Below are positions 58,308-64,000 of a stretch of DNA of 64,000 bases, piece by piece. Source of the stretch: Guillardia theta CCMP2712 (Eukaryota > Protista > Cryptophyta); the NCBI RefSeq assembly GCF_000315625.1, contig NW_005434657.1, forward strand, positions 21,539 through 85,538. The letters are read 5' to 3'. Position 1 is the first letter of the stretch. Every line of letters begins with the position of its first letter. Below the pieces are notes generated by a model. The model was not told the origin of the DNA and searched no databases. It saw only the letters and a program-made list of their open reading frames with translations. The position numbers and the translations under genes were made by a program.

Positions 58308-61300
58308 ATGGCGGCAATTTTTGCAGCTCTACACAGCAAATCGAGGTTAACACGCAGGTCGACTCTCAACACATCTGAGATTGCAGAGCTCATTCCTGAG
58401 GGAGACAACTGGTACATGAAGAAAGGGTTGGTTGAGCGCAAGATTGTCTCCTCTATGGTCACCTGGAAAAAGTTGACCTTGTACATTGTAGAAGACGCGC
58501 TCCTTTTTGCCAACGCTCCTTCTCCCGGTCTGGATCAGCGTGTTATCATCGATTCCATTCCTCTCCATGAGATTGATCTGGTGAGTGTCGGCAACCAGCA
58601 GGGAGTCACAGGAGGCCCTGAGTTCGTGATCCACCCGGTCGAAGATGGCTTCAATGCTGGAAGAAACTACGTTCACAGGACGTCGAAGGATGAGATCGAG
58701 GACTGGGTGTCCGCGATCAGATCTGCAGTCAAGGAAGCCAAGAAATTGCATAAGGAGAAAGTATTCCAGAGTCGGTTTGGAAATAGCAGTCTGAAGAGAC
58801 ACCAAGCGAAAGCCCTTAAATGGTATGAATCGACCAAGATGCAAATGTTCATCGCTTTAATCATCACCTCCAGCTTTGCTTCGGTGAAAGTCAAACTTGC
58901 TTTCAGTATTGATCTCCTGACCTGCTGAGAACAGGATGTCTGGGAAGCGCAGGTGTTGCCTGTTGAAGGATCTCAGGGACAGGAGCCATTTGTCATTGCC
59001 GACTACGTCTTCACCATTCTTTTTGCGTTGGAATTGATGTTCAATATGTTTGCAAGATGCACCAATGGCATTCTTGCATTCTACAGAGACGGTTGGAATT
59101 TGTTTGACACCTTCGTTGTCTTTATTGGCATCTTCACAAAAGCCGTAGAGACCATTCCTCAGCTGAAGCTGCTTCGGTTGATCAGAATCTTCAGGGTGTG
59201 TACGGAAAGCCGCCGTTAGAATGGACTGACGTCACTGCAGGTGGTTCGGCTCTTCAAGAAAGTCAAGTCGTTGAATCGTATCATCAAGGCCCTAGTGTCT
59301 TCACTGCTCCCAGTCGGCAACAGCTTCATGCTCTTGCTGCTTGTCACTTGCATCTGGGCCACCCTTGGAACTCACATCTTTCATGAAAAGAGTCCTGTCT
59401 TCTTCGGAACCTTCATAGACTCTCTCTTCACGGTGAAAATTTCTTTCACTTCCTGACTTACGTAATGTCTGTGCTTACAGATGTTCCAAGTAGTCACTGG
59501 CGACAGTTGGGCTTCAGCGGTCACAAGGACTTTGTTCTATGATGACGGCACAGTCCACATCGGAGTTGCAATCTTCTTCGTGAGTTACGTCATCTTTGCA
59601 GGTGTGTCGACGTTGATGCCTTGCAGCAGTTATCGTTGACTTGTCTTTGCAGGGGTTGTCTTGATCAACATTGTCGTCGCTGTTCTTCTTGATGAATTCA
59701 TCAGCGCGGTCTCCCTGGAGAAGGAGGAGGCTCAGAAGCTGCGAGAAAAAAAGAGGGAGCAAGAGGCCATGGCCTCCAGAGTGACTGGGGTGCTTGATCC
59801 GCTCTCAGCCGCCATCTCGGAGTTTTGGGACTATGAAGACTTGACGACGAAGATTATGTGAGCGACCCGAACAACCAAAACTAACAGCTGCACTTGTTCT
59901 TTGCCTCTTGTTATCAATTTGTCTTACCTCCTTCCAGCTTCCCAACTCTCCTTCGCTTCGCATCTCATCTTCTCTCCCCTCCTTCTCCTCATTCTCATTC
60001 TCATTCCCATTCTCCTTCTCCTTCTCCTTCTCCTTCTCCTCTCCTCTCCTCTCCTCTCCTCTCCTTTTCCAACCTTCCATTTTCATCCCTTCCCCCTCGT
60101 CCTCTTCCAATGGAAGTACGCCTGACTTCGCCCTTACCAGCGACACTTATGACACTCTGGACGCCAACAAGTCAGGGGGTCTTGACTTTGAAGAGTTCCA
60201 GAAAGGCCTCAAGATGCTTCCCACAGCTAAGCCGATCCACATCACCCAGGTTCCCTTCCTGCCCCCCGGCATTCTCCCGACCTTCTAATCTTGTCATCTT
60301 TCATGTCGCAGGATGACTTTGACTTGATCACCAACGGCGGAGAGTATTGCAACGGGGATGGCGAGTTCTCTGGGGAACAATTCCAGGAAGTCATGAGAGG
60401 TAGACAAGCTATGCCCATGATGCTCTTGCTGAACAGGAGCAGGTGAACTCAAACGGTACGCGCAACGGCAGATCACGACCGCTATGACGGAGACGGACTC
60501 CAAGGAGTTGAAGGCAATCATGCTGATGCTCAAGTTGTTGGACATGTCAGTCTGCCGCATCCAAGACGACATGAAGCTGCTGTCTCCCACACATACAGGC
60601 ATGGGGTCGAACTACCAGCAGAGGGGAGCAGGACGAGACACGGGAGATGAAACCCTTCGATCCTTCCATGCTCGCCTGGAGGAAATCGCCAAGTTGCTGG
60701 GTCTTGTGCTGGAGGCCAAGGACAAGGACTGTCAGTGCCATGCTCTTGAATCCACTACGAGCAGTTCCAAGAAGAAATCTGCTGGGAGGAAGCGCTGCAC
60801 ATCCAGCGACCCGATTCTCTCTTCTCTAGTGCCCAACGGAGCTGAACAAGTTGTGGTCTCAAAGAGGGAACCCATGGAGCCGAGCAAACAGGCGCAAGAA
60901 GCAGAGAAGAAGGAAGTCTCTGGTTCAGATCTTGTGTACAAGTACGAGCCAGTCGTGAGGGATGAGAAGGAGGATCAGAGAATAAGGGTCATCTTCCGCA
61001 ACGACCTCAAGCTAGCGGGAGGCGGCAATCTCTCTTCGACAAAAGTCCAGCGACATGGTTGGAAAGAAGATGGCGCTGTCGGAGGACGAAACTCTACGTT
61101 GAGCTCTCAGAACCGGAACGAAGCCAACAGAGCCAACTACTCTTCCCTGCAGGTCAACAACGGTTCTCATCACGACGTGCAGACAGGAGGACGGGGCAGG
61201 ACGAGGCTGGTCGGTCAGGTGCAGGAGATGAAAGTCTTTCCATACACGAGTCGGTTTGCCGACCTGCAGTATGAGAAGGAGATCGTGAACATGCGGAACA

Positions 61301-61362
61301 TGTTGGCCGAGCGCACAAGCAAGAGCCCCCTTAGCATGCGCACTGTTACAGCAGTCGACTGA
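58308..61362 (+). CDS. Single-domain (1x6TM) voltage-gated cation channel with N-terminal PH domain and C-terminal EF-hand(s), multi-exon
   Basis: PH pattern KKGLVERK..WKKL..IPLHEI..EIEDWVSAIRSAV; S2 FTILFALELM; S3 GWNLFDTFVV; S4 LKLLRLIRIFRVVRLFK; pore MFQVVTGDSWAS; S6 LINIVVAVLLDEF; EF-hand DANKSGGLDFEEF. Confidence 0.9.
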
Positions 61363-61482
61363 GATTGAAGACTTCACGTAGAACAGCATTTAAAACTATA
61401 TTTTAGTTAGTGCCAGTATTTTTTAAAAAGGTATTGTTCTCTTGAGTGAAACATTTTCCCTCTATTTTCGGCGTATGGCGGA

Positions 61483-64000
61483 ATGACAAGGTCTATGCGG
61501 GCGGCGGCGGCGGCGATGGCAGGGGTTCTGCTCATGGTGCTGGCGACACAGTGGGAGGGATGGCAGGCAGAGGATGAAGAGAAGCTCGTGCGAGCTGACG
61601 TGCCAGAGGCGTCAAGGAAGGTGAAGCTCTCGCAGTCACACTTCCACTTCGAGCCTGCAGACCCTCGAGCGATGGAGAAGGAGGAGCGGAGAGCGGAACT
61701 TGACAAGATCCACAAGGGTTTCCTCCCTGATCCCTACAAGCTTGGAGTGCATGTAGAGATCTCTACAAAATCCACCGTGACAAGTACCTCGACTCTCGCC
61801 GATGAGCTGAGGGACGTGACTTCGGCAGAGGATGGCTCGCTTGAGCAACAGCTCAAGGTCAACGGGATGCCAATCCATGTAGATCTACGAGGCGACGTGA
61901 AGGAGACGAGAGGAGGCGATGCAGCAGATGACAGTGAGGGAGAAATATCAGCTGTTATATGGATCACTGGCAAGACAGAAACTACCTTCTCTCGGGCATC
62001 GGCCGATACGTTTCAACGTTCCCTCGCCGAAGTTCTGCACATCAACCCCGAAGACATCAAGTTGTCCCTCTCAGACATCACAAAGAGAGCTAGTGATGCT
62101 ACAGCCTCGTCCGATTCAAGGACAGAACCAACAAAAGGGACTGTCCAGGGCGGGAAGGAGTCATCGGGGACAGGAGAGGGCGGGAAGGAGTCATCGGGGA
62201 CAGGAAAAGGCGGGGAGGATGATGATGAAAGCTCTCAGTCGGGTAACTCAACGTGTGATGGTTGTGAAGGATGGAGCATGGATGAGACCATGGAAATGTT
62301 TGAAGACGCTCAGAGGAGAATCAAACGACTGAAGTCTGTGATGAACCTGCGACCGGAGCTAAACAAAGTCCGTCTGCTCACCATTTCGAAACTCTCAAAG
62401 AGGGTGAAGGAGAACGCAGTCTTTGAGTTGGAATTCCTGAAGCAAAGCGTTCGCTTGTTGGAGACGAGATACGAAGACGCAGTTGCCAACGTCACGGGGA
62501 TGATCCATCCGCTGATGCCCAACGCCATGAGGCTGAGAGACGAGCTGGTGCATGCGAGGTTTGCCACTGACATGCAGATCATAGCCCTTGACAAGACGAT
62601 GAATGCGACGACGTCGGCCCTCGGAAGGTTCCTGTGGCTCAAGAGAGTCCTTGAGGAACACTTGCAGCTGATTGAAGACGCGAAGCTCAGGTGGCAAAAC
62701 TGGTACGTGAAGCTCCAGGTGGACGCGAACTCGTCGCTGGACTTCAATGTGTCGAAGGAGCGGGAGGTGGAAGCAGACCGAGAGGTATCAGACTTCGAAG
62801 AGCTCTTCTCCTTGTTCTACAACGCGGAGTCACAAAGTCTCGAGAACCTCCAGGGGTTCGAGAGGAGGACCAGGGAGCATCTGGCGAGCATCGAGCGGGT
62901 CATGGCAGACGTCCTCTACGACATCAACATCTCGTCAATCAAGGAGCTCCAGGAACTTCATGACGCGAGGCAGGACGAGACGGGCCTGACCTCGAGGCTC
63001 TACGACGTGAGTCTGGGGGAGGTGCCGCTGCTGGTGGAGCAGCTCCAGCTGCTCAACGTCTCCATCGATAAGTTCCGGCAAGACTTCATGGCTGACGCGG
63101 TCGATGCGTCTAGAAGCTTCCAGAAGCGCTGGGGTGACACCTTGGCAGCCTGCAAGCAGGCTCTCCTAGACAGGATCAATGCCAAGGATGACAGTTTCCT
63201 TGCTCGACAGAAGCGCTTGCTGGACGAGGTCAATGAGTCAAGCTGGAACTCAGTCCAGCTGGAGTTCTCAGGTGCCGCCGACAGGCTTCAAGAGGAGGAA
63301 ATGAGCATGGCAGAGATCGCCAACGTGAGCGCGAGGCAGTGGAAGGAGAACGAGGAGGTGCTGGAGCAGCTGGAGCAGACGCTGCAAGCGATGGAGGCTT
63401 CCCTGCAGGATGAAATGCAGAGCGAGGACGAGGGAGTGAGAAACCTGCGGAGATACGGCAAGGAGAGCATCGAGAGCGTGCGAGGCGAGCTGAGAGACCA
63501 GCTGGGAAACTTTGCAGGACAGGAGGCAGATGAAATGAAGACTTTGAAGGCGAGCCTGAAGAGGGATCTGGAGATGCTTGTGGAGCATGGGATGCAAGGA
63601 AATCTGAGCAGACTCGTGCAGGTCTGGAAAGAAAAAGGAAGGAAGATGGGGGAGGGAATGAACGAGATGTTGGAGGGTGAGCGAAGCCGCTTGCGAAACT
63701 TCCACGAAAGTCTTCGTGAGCTGAGAGATTCCTTCAACCACTCCTGGTCGAAACTTTCACGAGGCCTGCGAGACCTGAAGAACATCTCCGCCTCCAAGAC
63801 CTCGTACCTCTACCAACTGTTGAAGTCCCAGGACGAGCAGACTAACTCTTCCCTCCGCTCCTTCGCTGCCTTCTCCCTGTTGGGGAGGAAGCTAGAGCAG
63901 CAGCTGTTGGGAAATTTCTCCGACCTCATCCTTCGAAAGAGCCGTCAGATGATCTCCAGCTGGACGCGCGAGGAGCAGCAGGAGCTGCTGGAGAGTCTGA
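61483..64000 (+). CDS. Large secreted or membrane-anchored coiled-coil glycoprotein (runs off right edge)
   Basis: Frame open from ATG 61483 to the window end (absent from the ORF track). Hydrophobic leader MRAAAAAMAGVLLMVLA, Glu/Leu-rich helical sequence, many NxS/T sites. Confidence 0.8.
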   Translation, partial: MTRSMRAAAAAMAGVLLMVLATQWEGWQAEDEEKLVRADVPEASRKVKLSQSHFHFEPADPRAMEKEERRAELDKIHKGFLPDPYKLGVHVEISTKSTVTSTSTLADELRDVTSAEDGSLEQQLKVNGMPIHVDLRGDVKETRGGDAADDSEGEISAVIWITGKTETTFSRASADTFQRSLAEVLHINPEDIKLSLSDITKRASDATASSDSRTEPTKGTVQGGKESSGTGEGGKESSGTGKGGEDDDESSQSGNSTCDGCEGWSMDETMEMFEDAQRRIKRLKSVMNLRPELNKVRLLTISKLSKRVKENAVFELEFLKQSVRLLETRYEDAVANVTGMIHPLMPNAMRLRDELVHARFATDMQIIALDKTMNATTSALGRFLWLKRVLEEHLQLIEDAKLRWQNWYVKLQVDANSSLDFNVSKEREVEADREVSDFEELFSLFYNAESQSLENLQGFERRTREHLASIERVMADVLYDINISSIKELQELHDARQDETGLTSRLYDVSLGEVPLLVEQLQLLNVSIDKFRQDFMADAVDASRSFQKRWGDTLAACKQALLDRINAKDDSFLARQKRLLDEVNESSWNSVQLEFSGAADRLQEEEMSMAEIANVSARQWKENEEVLEQLEQTLQAMEASLQDEMQSEDEGVRNLRRYGKESIESVRGELRDQLGNFAGQEADEMKTLKASLKRDLEMLVEHGMQGNLSRLVQVWKEKGRKMGEGMNEMLEGERSRLRNFHESLRELRDSFNHSWSKLSRGLRDLKNISASKTSYLYQLLKSQDEQTNSSLRSFAAFSLLGRKLEQQLLGNFSDLILRKSRQMISSWTREEQQELLESL

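Noticed and set aside
59860-60140. Ser/Pro/Leu-rich ORFs
   Set aside because: Polypyrimidine intron of the channel gene.

Overview
Eukaryotic nuclear DNA at or very near a left chromosome end. It carries (CCCTAAA)n/(TTTAGGG)n telomere tracts, dense genes with very short GT-AG introns, and a bipartite plastid-type leader. A cryptophyte such as Guillardia theta is my inference, not proven. Bases 1-5145 hold three head-to-tail copies of one divergent mobile-element family separated by telomeric repeats. They share an ORF1-like protein with RRM-like segments, join the telomere repeat in the same register, and the one complete copy ends in a (TAA)10 tail and has no RT. Bases 13609-20200 are a young non-autonomous Copia-type LTR element carrying non-retroviral cargo. 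Its 5' LTR is interrupted by a Gypsy-like gag/-1-frameshift/protease element whose two LTRs are INVERTED yet flanked by a clean 5-bp TSD. Host genes include a secreted beta-propeller protein, a NEK kinase with an SH3-like domain inserted inside the catalytic domain, a MYND/DnaJ-type zinc-finger protein, COX15, a cytosolic carboxypeptidase, a LysM protein, a 5-copy tandem array of divergent small-HSP gene pairs, a PH + single-domain voltage-gated channel + EF-hand protein, and a large secreted coiled-coil protein running off the right edge. Exon boundaries of multi-exon genes are approximate, and all domain calls are by eye without database searches.
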